From the NCBI GenBank assembly GCA_038525585.1, contig JBCBHM010000007.1, forward strand, positions 13,945 through 77,944: a DNA stretch of 64,000 nt. Direction: 5' to 3'. How positions within the stretch are numbered: position 1 is the first letter of the stretch; each line of letters begins with the position of its first letter. Of this stretch, positions 1-8,296 are shown in pieces. The DNA comes from Pseudomonadota bacterium. Its GTDB lineage: Bacteria; Pseudomonadota; Alphaproteobacteria; Rhodobacterales; Rhodobacteraceae. Below the pieces are notes generated by a model that did no database searches, was not told where the DNA came from, and saw only the letters and a program-made list of their open reading frames with translations. Both the position numbers and the translations under genes were made by a program.

Positions 1-202
1 GCAATATCTTGAAACGCAGTCCCATGCCCCGCAGGCATGTAAAGAGATGGGTGGAGGATTGACCTTGGGCCATGATCTCTGTCCCTGGCTGAGCCTCAAG
101 CTCACCGGTCTTGAACCGCTCCATGAACGCAATTTCGGACGCGGTCATCTCGTGAAACGCCTCCAGTTTCCGCAGTGGACAGTTTTTGCAATCAGTCGAC
201 AT
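1..202 (-). CDS. Crp/Fnr-family transcriptional regulator, N-terminal fragment (gene runs off the window start)
   Basis: Manual reverse-strand translation from the ATG (complement of 200-202) gives MSTDCKNCPLRKLEAFHEMTASEIAFMERFKTGELEAQPGTEIMAQGQSSTHLFTCLRGMGLRFKIL. This looks like the N-terminal effector (cNMP-binding-like) domain of Crp/Fnr regulators. It is open-ended, so it is absent from the ORF track. Confidence 0.5.
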   Translation of the reverse strand, partial: MSTDCKNCPLRKLEAFHEMTASEIAFMERFKTGELEAQPGTEIMAQGQSSTHLFTCLRGMGLRFKIL

Positions 203-287
203 TTTTTTCCCGTTGGTATGTCACAGTTTAATTCGCCTATCCCGGATCCGTGGCACCACCGAGGCTCCTGTAGCCAAAGGAAGCCCC

Positions 288-653
288 ATGAACCCTCGCG
301 ACCTCAGGCCGCGCCGTGCCCTCGTGATCGGCAAGAATGCCGTCGAGTTGATGGATATCGACGAATATCTGCGCGCGCGCGATTGGTTTGCACCGGTTAT
401 CGCAGAGGATGTGGACAGCGCGGCGCGCTTGCTTGCCGATTCCGGCGAACCTTTCCATCTTGTCATCCTCGCCGCTCCTCATGCGAACCCGCGCGCTGTG
501 TCGTTGATCCGTTTCTGTGTTGATGAGGCCTGTCCAATTTTGGTGATCGATGGCGCTTCGGCGACGGCGCAACCAGGTCGGGTTGTACTGATGGCACGGC
601 CCTTTATCGATGCGGATCTGGATGAGGCGCTGATGGCGCTGGGTTTGGCCTAG
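288..653 (+). CDS. Receiver-like (pseudo-receiver) single-domain protein
   Basis: ORF 186-653; the ATG at 288 is preceded by aaaggaag. The fold pattern is CheY-like (ALVIGKN..., HLVILAAP, PILVIDGAS, ARPF). The acidic pair, the phospho-accepting Asp and the conserved Lys positions are all substituted. Confidence 0.5.
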   Translation: MNPRDLRPRRALVIGKNAVELMDIDEYLRARDWFAPVIAEDVDSAARLLADSGEPFHLVILAAPHANPRAVSLIRFCVDEACPILVIDGASATAQPGRVVLMARPFIDADLDEALMALGLA

Positions 654-733
654 ATTTACGACAGGCGTCCCTCAGTTTCAGGGCTGCACAGCTCTGACAT
701 CGGTCATCTCCCTTTCCATTCAGTCTGTTGCCC

Positions 734-758
734 AACGGCAGAGTGCGGAATTGGTTCC
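734..758 (-). promoter_or_regulatory. EcfG-type promoter motif (GGAAC-N16-CGTT), no annotated gene downstream
   Basis: Reverse strand reads GGAAC caattccgcactctgc CGTT (complement of 734-758). It lies back-to-back with the + strand site at 769-793 and points toward the 3' end of the 288-653 gene. Confidence 0.45.
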
Positions 759-768
759 GTTGTGGCCG

Positions 769-793
769 GGAACTTTCCGCTGGCGGGCACGTT
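769..793 (+). promoter_or_regulatory. EcfG-type promoter motif upstream of the DUF1328 gene
   Basis: GGAAC tttccgctggcgggca CGTT, with the -10 element 31 nt upstream of the ATG at 825. Confidence 0.65.
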
Positions 794-824
794 GGACTTG
801 CGAAGCGAAATGAAAGGAAACGTT

Positions 825-989
825 ATGCTTACCTGGTCATTGTTGTTCCTGGCTGTCGCACTTGTTGCTGCCGTGTTTGGGTTTGGCGGCATCGCCGCCA
901 CGTCCGCAGGGATCGCACAAATTCTGTTTGTCCTGTTCATCGTCCTCTTCGCCATAACCCTTGTGGTGCGGCTTGTGCGGGGACGCTGA
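825..989 (+). CDS. DUF1328 (UPF0391) small membrane protein
   Basis: [54 protein letters not shown] is the typical two-TM DUF1328 sequence with the FGFGGIA core. RBS gaaaggaaa lies before the ATG at 825 (internal Met of ORF 762-989). Confidence 0.8.
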   Translation: MLTWSLLFLAVALVAAVFGFGGIAATSAGIAQILFVLFIVLFAITLVVRLVRGR

Positions 990-1012
990 ACGACCCACGA
1001 CGACCAATAGAC

Positions 1013-1048
1013 GGCCGGGGCCTGCGAAACGTCCCGGCCATTTTGTGT
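1013..1048 (+). terminator. Putative rho-independent terminator after the DUF1328 gene
   Basis: ggccggg ... cccggcc stem followed by attttgtgtt. Confidence 0.5.
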
Positions 1049-1067
1049 TCTAGCCAAAGGAGTGTGC

Positions 1068-2411
1068 ATGGACCGTGCCACCGCCCTCACCGAACTGTTT
1101 TTCGACAGCCTATCCGACGCCGATCAAGACATGCCCAACCTGCGCCAGGCCATTTCCGAGGTCGCCGCGGATGTGATCACCGTGGAAAAGAACAACCCCG
1201 AGTGGGCCGCGGCCAAGGTGCTGCATCGGCTGGCCGAACCGGACCGGGTGATTTCCTTTCGCGTGACGTGGATGGATGATGCGGGCGAGGTGCAGGTGAA
1301 CAGGGGCTGGCGTGTGCAGGCGTCGAATGCCATCGGACCCTACAAGGGCGGGCTACGCTTCCACCCGGAGGTGACGTTGGATGATCTGCGCTTTCTCGCG
1401 TTCGAGCAATGTTTCAAAAACGCGCTCACCGGTTTGCCGCTGGGTGGCGGCAAAGGTGGCGCGGATTTCGATCCGAGCGGCCGGTCGGACGGGGAGATTA
1501 TGCGATTCTGTCAGGCGTTCATGCGCCAACTTGCGCCCTTTATCGGGCCGGATCGGGACGTACCCGCGGGCGACATTAATGTCGGCGCGCGCGAGATCGG
1601 GTACATGTTTGGTGCCTGGAGTGCCGCGTCGGGTGTCTATGCGGGTGCGATGACGGGCAAGGGGCTGTCTTATGGCGGGTCCGAAGTACGGACGGAAGCG
1701 ACGGGCTATGGCCTGATCTACTTCGTGCAGGCGATGCTCGCGCGGGCGGGCGACGCGCTGACCGGGCAGCGGGTGGCCGTGTCGGGCAAGGGCAACGTCG
1801 CCATCCATGCCGCCCGCAAGGCGCAGGCCGAGGGGGCAAAGGTGATCACGCTGTCCGACACGTCCGGCACGCTTTACGCCGCAGATGGGCTCAGCGTTGC
1901 AGCGATGGACTGGGTGGCCGACCAAAAAGCGGCTGGCGATGATCTGTCCAGCCCGCCCAAGACGCTCGATGCGACGTTCCTTGCAGGCGAACAGCCGTGG
2001 ACGCAAGAGGCGGATATTGCGCTGCCCTGTGCCACGCAGAACGAGATTGACGAAAAGGCTGCGCAGGCATTGGTCGACAACGGCGTTCGCATCCTGGCCG
2101 AAGGGGCGAACATGCCCACCACCGCAGAGGGTCTGCGGGTGCTGCGCAAGGGCGATGTGCTCTATGCGCCGGGCAAGGCCGCCAACGCGGGCGGTGTGGC
2201 TGTGAGTGGGCTCGAGATGAGCCAGATGAGCCATCGCCGGTTCATGTCCGCCGACGAGGTCGACCAGGCGTTGCGTACGCTCATGTCAGACATTCACGAC
2301 CGCGTCGCTGCTGAAGGGCAGGGCGGCGGGACCATTGATTATGCGCGCGGCGCCAACCTGGCGGGCTACCGCCGGTTGGCGCAGGCGATCACGGCACAGG
2401 GGGTACTGTAG
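1068..2411 (+). CDS. gdhA: NADP-specific glutamate dehydrogenase
   Basis: About 447 aa with hallmark GDH motifs (GPYKGGLRFHP, LPLGGGKGGADFDP, ATGYG, GKGNVA Rossmann). aaaggag lies 5 nt before the ATG at 1068; the ORF-track start at 1062 is a GTG. Confidence 0.92.
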   Translation: MDRATALTELFFDSLSDADQDMPNLRQAISEVAADVITVEKNNPEWAAAKVLHRLAEPDRVISFRVTWMDDAGEVQVNRGWRVQASNAIGPYKGGLRFHPEVTLDDLRFLAFEQCFKNALTGLPLGGGKGGADFDPSGRSDGEIMRFCQAFMRQLAPFIGPDRDVPAGDINVGAREIGYMFGAWSAASGVYAGAMTGKGLSYGGSEVRTEATGYGLIYFVQAMLARAGDALTGQRVAVSGKGNVAIHAARKAQAEGAKVITLSDTSGTLYAADGLSVAAMDWVADQKAAGDDLSSPPKTLDATFLAGEQPWTQEADIALPCATQNEIDEKAAQALVDNGVRILAEGANMPTTAEGLRVLRKGDVLYAPGKAANAGGVAVSGLEMSQMSHRRFMSADEVDQALRTLMSDIHDRVAAEGQGGGTIDYARGANLAGYRRLAQAITAQGVL

Positions 2412-4070
2412 ATGCCAAAGGATACAAGCACACCGACAGGCGCCCAAGTTATGGTCGACTGCCTCGTTGCGGCAGGCATAGACACGGTTTTCGGCGTTCC
2501 CGGCGAGGAAACGACAGCGCTGATGGTCGCACTTGAGGCCTCCGACATCGACTTTGTCCTGTGCCGCAACGAACAGGGGGCGGCGTTCATGGCGTCGGTG
2601 CACGGGCGGCTGACGGGGCAGCCGGGCGTCTGTCTGGCGACATTGGGCCCGGGGGCCACCAACCTTGTGACGGGCGTGGCGGATGCGCAGCTGGATCACG
2701 TTCCGCTGATCGCGATCACGGGGCAGGGGGGCCGGAACAGGCTGGGGCGGATGAGCCACCAGATGATCGACCTCGAGGCGCTGTTTGCGCCCGTGACCAA
2801 GCTGAGCCGGACGCTGCTGAGGCCTGACGACATTCCCGCAAGCTTTGCCGAGGCGATGCGTCTGGCGCTTGCCGGGCGCCCTGGTGCCGTGCACCTGTGC
2901 CTGCCCGAGGATGTGGCGGGCGCCGCATGCGAGGCCAAGCCCTTGCCCGTCCGCACCCCGCCACAGATCCGCGCGGGCCAGGACGATTTGCAGGCCGTCG
3001 CCAACCGTCTGACGCAGGCCGAACGGCCGGTCCTGATCGCGGGTGCCGGGGTAGTGCGCGATGGCGCCGCCGAAGCGGTGCGCATGTTCGCCGAGACGAC
3101 GGGCGTGCCGGTGGCGACCACGTTCATGGCCAAGGGTGTGTTGCCCCCCGATCATGGGGCGCATCTGTATTCGGTCGGTCAGAGCGAGGAGGACTGGATC
3201 GACCTCGCCCTGAAAGCCGCCGACCTGATCCTGCTCGTTGGGTTCGACGCGGTGGAATATCCGCCCGTTGCCCTTGGGGGCGACACGGAGGTGTGTGTGA
3301 TCGATACCGATCCGCCGCGGGCGGATACGGGCCTTGCCATTGCTGCGGAGGTGGTGGGCGATCTGGGTCACAGTTTGACGGACATCCGGGTGCGGCTGAA
3401 GGGCCAGCGCTGGCCCGCGGTGCCGTCCTTTGACGCTGCGCGGGACGGTATGAGCCTCGCCATGGAACGGCGGCTGACGCAAGGCGATACCGGCCCCATT
3501 GCGCCCACGGACATTTGTCGCGTGGTGACGCAGGCCCTGCGGCCTGAGGACACGGTGCTGTCAGGTGTCGGCATGCACAAGCTGTGGATCGCCCGCCACG
3601 TGCAGCCGAGCCGTGCGGGCCAGTTGATTGTTCCGAACGGGCTGGCGGGCATGGGCCTGGCGTTGCCCGGCGCGGTTGCGGCGGCGCGGTTGCAGGACAC
3701 GGGTCGCGTGCTGGCCATCTGTGGCGACGGCGACGTGATGATGAACGTGCAGGAGATGGAGACGATCACCCGCCTCGGCCTGCGCCTGACGGTGATGGTG
3801 TGGGTCGATGGGGGCCTGGGCCTGATTGACGAACATCAGGGCGACAGCGGCCCGAACTTTCCGTTTGGCAGTCCGATCTGGGGTCAATTGGCACAGGCCT
3901 TTGGCTGGACCTACGCGCCCGTGCAGGGCCTTGCCGATTTGCCGGAGCTGCTGCGCGCGGCCCACAGCGCGGAGGGGCCGACGCTGTTGAGCGTGCCGGT
4001 GGACTACGCCGCGGCGGGTCACATGCCCGGGCGGGAACGGCAAGTTTCTGGGAACTCTGATGCGGCCTGA
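2412..4070 (+). CDS. Thiamine-pyrophosphate-dependent enzyme, acetolactate-synthase-like
   Basis: 552 aa. N-terminal TPP pyrimidine-binding domain (GIDTVFGVPGEE...GPGATN) and C-terminal TPP motif (GDGDVMMNVQEMET). The start directly abuts the gdhA stop. Confidence 0.8.
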   Translation: MPKDTSTPTGAQVMVDCLVAAGIDTVFGVPGEETTALMVALEASDIDFVLCRNEQGAAFMASVHGRLTGQPGVCLATLGPGATNLVTGVADAQLDHVPLIAITGQGGRNRLGRMSHQMIDLEALFAPVTKLSRTLLRPDDIPASFAEAMRLALAGRPGAVHLCLPEDVAGAACEAKPLPVRTPPQIRAGQDDLQAVANRLTQAERPVLIAGAGVVRDGAAEAVRMFAETTGVPVATTFMAKGVLPPDHGAHLYSVGQSEEDWIDLALKAADLILLVGFDAVEYPPVALGGDTEVCVIDTDPPRADTGLAIAAEVVGDLGHSLTDIRVRLKGQRWPAVPSFDAARDGMSLAMERRLTQGDTGPIAPTDICRVVTQALRPEDTVLSGVGMHKLWIARHVQPSRAGQLIVPNGLAGMGLALPGAVAAARLQDTGRVLAICGDGDVMMNVQEMETITRLGLRLTVMVWVDGGLGLIDEHQGDSGPNFPFGSPIWGQLAQAFGWTYAPVQGLADLPELLRAAHSAEGPTLLSVPVDYAAAGHMPGRERQVSGNSDAA

Positions 4071-4076
4071 GCCGTT
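4051..4076 (+). promoter_or_regulatory. EcfG-type promoter motif upstream of dps
   Basis: GGAAC tctgatgcggcctgagc CGTT (N17). It overlaps the 3' end of the preceding CDS and lies 38 nt upstream of the ATG at 4115. Confidence 0.65.
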
Positions 4077-4114
4077 GTCTTTCCAACAGCTTCACAATGA
4101 AGGGAGACATAGAC

Positions 4115-4615
4115 ATGTCGAACGCACTGAATGTTATTCCAACCGAAGACGACGTCTCGACGGGCGTCCGTGACACCGCACCGATTGCCGAAGGTCTGGC
4201 AGATCTGCTGGCCGACACATATCGGATGGTGTTCAAGTCACACGCGTATCACTGGAACGTCGAAGGCCCGCTGTTCTACTCGGTCCACAATCTGACCGAA
4301 GAGCATTACGAAAATCTGTTCAGCGCCGCCGACGATCTGGCCGAGCGCATTCGCGCACTGGGCCATCTCGCACCGACCTCTATGGCGGACATCGTTGCCC
4401 GCTCGCGTATCGACGACGCATCTGGTAAGATGACAACCGAAGAGATGATCAATGATCTGGCACAGGATCACGAGCGCGTCGCGCATCGGTTCCACGCACT
4501 GATCGAGATTACGGAGGAGCGCAAGGATCCGGTGACCGAAGATATGGCGACCGAACGTAGTGCCTTCCACGAGAAAGCCGCATGGATGCTGCGGGCGCTG
4601 GCCAAGTCCAGCTAA
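4115..4615 (+). CDS. dps: Dps-family DNA starvation/stationary-phase protection protein
   Basis: HAYHWNVEGPLFYSVHNLTEEHYENLFSAADDLAERIRALG is the Dps ferroxidase-centre region. RBS gaagggag lies before the ATG at 4115; an alternative ATG is at 4097. Confidence 0.9.
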   Translation: MSNALNVIPTEDDVSTGVRDTAPIAEGLADLLADTYRMVFKSHAYHWNVEGPLFYSVHNLTEEHYENLFSAADDLAERIRALGHLAPTSMADIVARSRIDDASGKMTTEEMINDLAQDHERVAHRFHALIEITEERKDPVTEDMATERSAFHEKAAWMLRALAKSS

Positions 4616-4647
4616 GGTTTAACAAGTGGGTGAATGGTGGTGAGTAA

Positions 4648-4680
4648 CCCCGCGGCCTGATCGGGCCGCGGGGCTTTTTC
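4648..4680. terminator. Hairpin terminator between convergent dps and phyR
   Basis: ccccgcggcc tgatcg ggccgcgggg followed by cttttt. This is a perfect 10-bp GC stem located between two convergent stop codons. Confidence 0.75.
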
Positions 4681-4682
4681 AT

Positions 4683-5492
4683 TCACGCCTTGAGTACCGC
4701 GGAGGACGCGAAGAACATCGCCTGGCTGATCGCCGACCGCACCTGATCCTCCGTATACGGTTTGGAGATCAGGAACGCCGGTTCCGGCCCTTCGCCGGTC
4801 AGCAGACGCTCGGGGTAGGCTGTGATGAAGATCACGGGGATGTCGCCCGCGTTGGCGGTGATACGGTTGACCGCGTCGATCCCGCTGGAGCCATCGGCAA
4901 GCTGGATGTCAGACAGGATCAAATCGGGCTTTTCCCGTTCAAAGAGCGAAATCGCACCCTCTTCGGTGCGGGCGACGCCGGTCACGCGGTGACCCAGATC
5001 GGCGGCGATGTTTTCCAGATCGACGGCGATGATTGCCTCATCCTCGATAATCATCACGGCACCGCTGACCGATTTGGCCATCTCTGCATAGGCGATGTCG
5101 AGCAGATCGCCGACCTCATCGGCGGTGGTACCCATGATGTGCGCGACATCCTCGGCCGGAAACTCTTCGAGCGTGCGCAGCAGCAACGCCTCGCGTGTGC
5201 CATCGGTGAGGGCCGAAAGGTGGCGCAGGGCCTCGGCGGCCATGCCGCTTTCCTCTTCGTTCAGTTGGGCGCCGCTGGATTTCCAAATCGAGTGGAACAC
5301 CGTAAAGAGCGCCGTCTTGGGTGACACGTCGTCCGAGAATTGCGCCGGATCCGCCAGCACCGCCTCGAGCGCCGTGACGGCATAGGCGTCGCCGCGCGAC
5401 TGGCTGCCGGTTAGGGCCCTGGCATAACGCCGGAGGTAGGGCAGATTGGGTCCTATTTTCTCAGCAAGGGTCATTTCAGTGTGCTGCGACAT
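4683..5492 (-). CDS. phyR: PhyR anti-anti-sigma factor / response regulator (sigma-like domain plus receiver)
   Basis: N-terminus MSQHTEMTLAEKIGPNLPYLRRYARALTGSQSRGDAYV... is the ECF-sigma-like domain. The C-terminal receiver shows AVMIIEDEAIIA...DLILSDIQL...VIFITAYPE. It is divergent from nepR-ecfG. I chose the internal Met of ORF 4683-5549 as the start. Confidence 0.9.
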   Translation of the reverse strand: MSQHTEMTLAEKIGPNLPYLRRYARALTGSQSRGDAYAVTALEAVLADPAQFSDDVSPKTALFTVFHSIWKSSGAQLNEEESGMAAEALRHLSALTDGTREALLLRTLEEFPAEDVAHIMGTTADEVGDLLDIAYAEMAKSVSGAVMIIEDEAIIAVDLENIAADLGHRVTGVARTEEGAISLFEREKPDLILSDIQLADGSSGIDAVNRITANAGDIPVIFITAYPERLLTGEGPEPAFLISKPYTEDQVRSAISQAMFFASSAVLKA

Positions 5493-5525
5493 TCCGAGCC
5501 ACTCCATTTTTTTTGCACATTCTAT

Positions 5526-5557
5526 GGAACCAATGCCGGGCTGGCGCATTTAGTTCC
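5526..5557. promoter_or_regulatory. Overlapping divergent EcfG-like promoters for nepR-ecfG (+) and phyR (-), CATT variant of the -10
   Basis: + strand: GGAAC(5526-5530)-N16-CATT(5547-5550). - strand: GGAAC (complement of 5553-5557)-N17-CATT (complement of 5532-5535). The two motifs occupy the same 32 bp. Confidence 0.45.
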
Positions 5558-5592
5558 CAATGATACGTTAAATTTTGACAACTGTGAGCAGA

Positions 5593-5766
5593 ATGATGGG
5601 TCCAAAGCACAAGCCGTCAAGGATCGACCAAGAGATCGAGAGAAACTTGCGGCGGGCGTTTGACGACGTGGCCGAGCAAGAGTTGCCGAGCCGGTTTACG
5701 GACCTGCTGCAACAATTGCGCGCGCAGGAAACGCAAGTCAGAGCGTCGGAAGAAACAGATGAGTGA
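5593..5766 (+). CDS. nepR: NepR anti-sigma factor
   Basis: Small protein MMGPKHKPSRIDQEIERNLRRAFDDVAEQELPSRFTDLLQQLRAQE carrying the NepR signature (...Y/F..V..E.LP.RF..LL..L). It lies immediately upstream of ecfG with an 8-nt overlap (ATGAGTGA). The ORF-track start at 5575 is a TTG. Confidence 0.8.
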   Translation: MMGPKHKPSRIDQEIERNLRRAFDDVAEQELPSRFTDLLQQLRAQETQVRASEETDE

Positions 5767-6310
5767 CGACCCGCGCGAGCAGATCGTCACCCACTTGGGC
5801 CCGATGCGGGCCTTCGCCATTAGCCTGACACGTAATTCTGCGCTTGCCGACGATATGGTGCAGGATGCGCTGGTCAAGGCGTGGTCGAACATCGACAGCT
5901 TTCAGCCGGGCACGAATATGCGCGCGTGGTTGTTTACGATCCTGCGCAACACGTACTACTCGCATCATCGCAAGCGGCGTCGCGAGGTTGAGGATACCGA
6001 GGGCGAGTTGTCCGCCGGGTTGGCGCAAAAGCCGGACCATGACGGCCGGCTGCAGATGCGCGACTTTCACACCGCCTTTGACCAGCTGCCCGAAGAACAG
6101 CGCGAGGCGCTTGTGCTGGTGGGCGCGGGTGGCTTTTCCTATGACGAGGCGGCCGAGACGTGTGGCGTGGCCGTCGGTACGATCAAAAGCCGGGTGAACC
6201 GTGGCCGGGTGCGGCTGGTCGAGCTGATGGGCATCGCGGATGACGAGCCGATGGAGGTGACCGAAGCGGTGACCCAGGGTATTGTGACGCTGAACCAGAG
6301 CGCGGTATGA
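5759..6310 (+). CDS. ecfG: ECF sigma factor, EcfG group
   Basis: Sigma-70 region 2 (DDMVQDALVKAWSNIDSFQPGTNMRAWLFTILRNTYYS) and region 4 (LPEEQREALVLVGAGGFSYDEAAETCGVAVGTIKSRVNRGR). Synteny with nepR and phyR. Confidence 0.9.
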   Translation: MSDDPREQIVTHLGPMRAFAISLTRNSALADDMVQDALVKAWSNIDSFQPGTNMRAWLFTILRNTYYSHHRKRRREVEDTEGELSAGLAQKPDHDGRLQMRDFHTAFDQLPEEQREALVLVGAGGFSYDEAAETCGVAVGTIKSRVNRGRVRLVELMGIADDEPMEVTEAVTQGIVTLNQSAV

Positions 6311-8043
6311 CCTTGAAGGCCATGTTTGGCGGATTACGGATCAAGCTTGTCCTGCTGACATTGCTTGCGCTCCTTCCGCTTGGGCTGATCGCCTTGCTGC
6401 AAAGCTACCAAGAGGTCGAGGAAAATCGTGCGCTCAACGGGCGTATGTTGATCGACACAACCCGCGTGGCTGCCGCTGATCAACGCGCGCAGATCAAGCA
6501 GGCGGTGGGGGCGGGCTACGGTCTGGGCACCATCGCGCGCACCGTTGATTTGCAGACGTGCCGCAACGCGATGCAGCGGTTCCTGAAATTTGACTCCGCC
6601 TTCGCCTTTGCAGGGTTCGTGCCGGTAAATGGCATCATGGAGTGCAGCAGCGCGGGCGACACGGTTTTCGATTTTTCCGATTACGCTACATTGCAGGATG
6701 CCATTGATCGCGCGGATATCTACGTCGAGGTGAACGCGAATGGCGCTGTCAGCGGGATGGCGGTGGTCATCGTGAGCGTTCCGGTGTTCGAGGATGAAAC
6801 GCTGATCGGTTTCGTCTCGCTGTCGCTGCCGCAGGAGTCCGTGACGATGGAGGGTAGCGAGGATATTGTTCTGGCCGCCATCGGCACATCGGGCGAGGTT
6901 TTTGGCCTGTCCGCGGATGCGACCGATCCGGAGGCTTTTATGCCCGCCGACCTCACCCCGCTTGAGGTGGCGGCGCAGGCTGGGTCGAGTTTTACCGCCG
7001 AAGATGCATCAGGGCAGCCGCGCCTGTTTTCGGTCACGCAGCCTGTCGCGAACAGCTATGTAATCGTCGGCAGCTGGGCCCAGTCCGACCTGGTGGGGGT
7101 CGGTGTGTGGCGGCAGGCGCTGATGCCTGTTCTCTTCGCTGTGCTGATGTGGGCGGCGAGCATGGCGGTGGCCTATATCGGCCTCGACAGGCTGGTGCTG
7201 CGCCATCTGAAAGATCTGCGTTCCGCGATGCGTCAGTTCGCCCTGGGTGAGCGTAATTTTCAGGGGCTAAAGCTGGACAACGCACCGGCGGAGTTCAAGG
7301 ACGCCGAACGCGCGTTCAACCGCATGGCGCTGTTGATCACCGAGGCTGAGGCCAAACATATGACCGACTTGCATGACAAGGAGGTGCTGCTGCGCGAGGT
7401 GCACCACAGGGTCAAGAACAACCTTCAAATGATTGCCTCGATCATGAACCTCCAAGCGCGTACCGCCCAGAGCGACGAGGTTGCCGACGTTCTGGCAGGG
7501 TTGCAGCGTCGGGTGCGGGGCCTCGCCATGTTGCACCGCTCGCTCTATTCCGAGGCGGAGACATCGCGCGTGAACGCGCGCGATCTGATTGCTGCAGTTG
7601 TGTCCGACGGCAGCGCCGTGATCACCGACCCCAAACTCAAGATCGAGACGGATCTGGCGTCGGTCATGCTTTACCCCGACCAGGCGGTGCCGTTGTCCAT
7701 GTGGATGGCGGAGGCGCTGACGAATGCGGTGAAATATGTAGGCCGCGATGGGCAGGAAGCGGTCTATATCCGGGTGACCATGTCGCATGATGAGGCGGGC
7801 CGAGTGATGGTTCGGATCGAAAACAGCATCGGTACGCGTCTGGTGCACGCGCCGGAGGCCGAGAGCACAGGTCTGGGCACCAAGCTGATGAGCGCGTTTT
7901 GCCGCCAGCTCGAAGGCACGGTCGAAACGGATGACGCCGAAGGCGCCTATGTCCATATTCTGCGGTTCCAGGTGCAAGATTTTGACGCGGAGCCGGACCA
8001 ACCTCACCAGCACGCAGGCAGCGGGGACGTTGCGGCGGCGTGA
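6307..8043 (+). CDS. Membrane sensor histidine kinase, HisKA_2/HWE type (PhyK-like GSR kinase)
   Basis: N-terminal TM, periplasmic-sized domain, second TM and a HAMP-like linker, then the H-box EVHHRVKNNLQMIASIMNLQ and a HATPase domain. ATGA overlap with ecfG. Confidence 0.85.
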   Translation: MTLKAMFGGLRIKLVLLTLLALLPLGLIALLQSYQEVEENRALNGRMLIDTTRVAAADQRAQIKQAVGAGYGLGTIARTVDLQTCRNAMQRFLKFDSAFAFAGFVPVNGIMECSSAGDTVFDFSDYATLQDAIDRADIYVEVNANGAVSGMAVVIVSVPVFEDETLIGFVSLSLPQESVTMEGSEDIVLAAIGTSGEVFGLSADATDPEAFMPADLTPLEVAAQAGSSFTAEDASGQPRLFSVTQPVANSYVIVGSWAQSDLVGVGVWRQALMPVLFAVLMWAASMAVAYIGLDRLVLRHLKDLRSAMRQFALGERNFQGLKLDNAPAEFKDAERAFNRMALLITEAEAKHMTDLHDKEVLLREVHHRVKNNLQMIASIMNLQARTAQSDEVADVLAGLQRRVRGLAMLHRSLYSEAETSRVNARDLIAAVVSDGSAVITDPKLKIETDLASVMLYPDQAVPLSMWMAEALTNAVKYVGRDGQEAVYIRVTMSHDEAGRVMVRIENSIGTRLVHAPEAESTGLGTKLMSAFCRQLEGTVETDDAEGAYVHILRFQVQDFDAEPDQPHQHAGSGDVAAA

Positions 8044-8296
8044 AGTCGCGCCATACCTTGGAAAACGGGTTTCGTGTTGGCATTTGCCTACACAGCTGTG
8101 CGTCTTGGATGGCCATTCGTGCCTGTTGAGAAGGAGCGTTGGAATACGCCTGTCACAGCCGTTTCAGCATACGAAATAAGAGGCGCGGACGAGGGTTTAA
8201 CAAGACGTAAACTGCACGCACGCGGCGCTTAGCACTTGTTTACGGTGCTGCCCCAATCTGCGCTGGATTTCCTGCTCATTCTCTGAGGTATGCGTG

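Noticed and set aside
170-215. Possible FNR/Crp box (TTGAT-N4-ATCAA) at the start of the Crp/Fnr-family gene
   Set aside because: The nearest sequence (tttttgcaatcagtcgac) does not match either half-site adequately.
4034-4038. A second GGAAC 17 nt upstream of the dps promoter motif
   Set aside because: No CGTT follows at N16 or N17 from this copy. Only the GGAAC at 4051 pairs with a CGTT.
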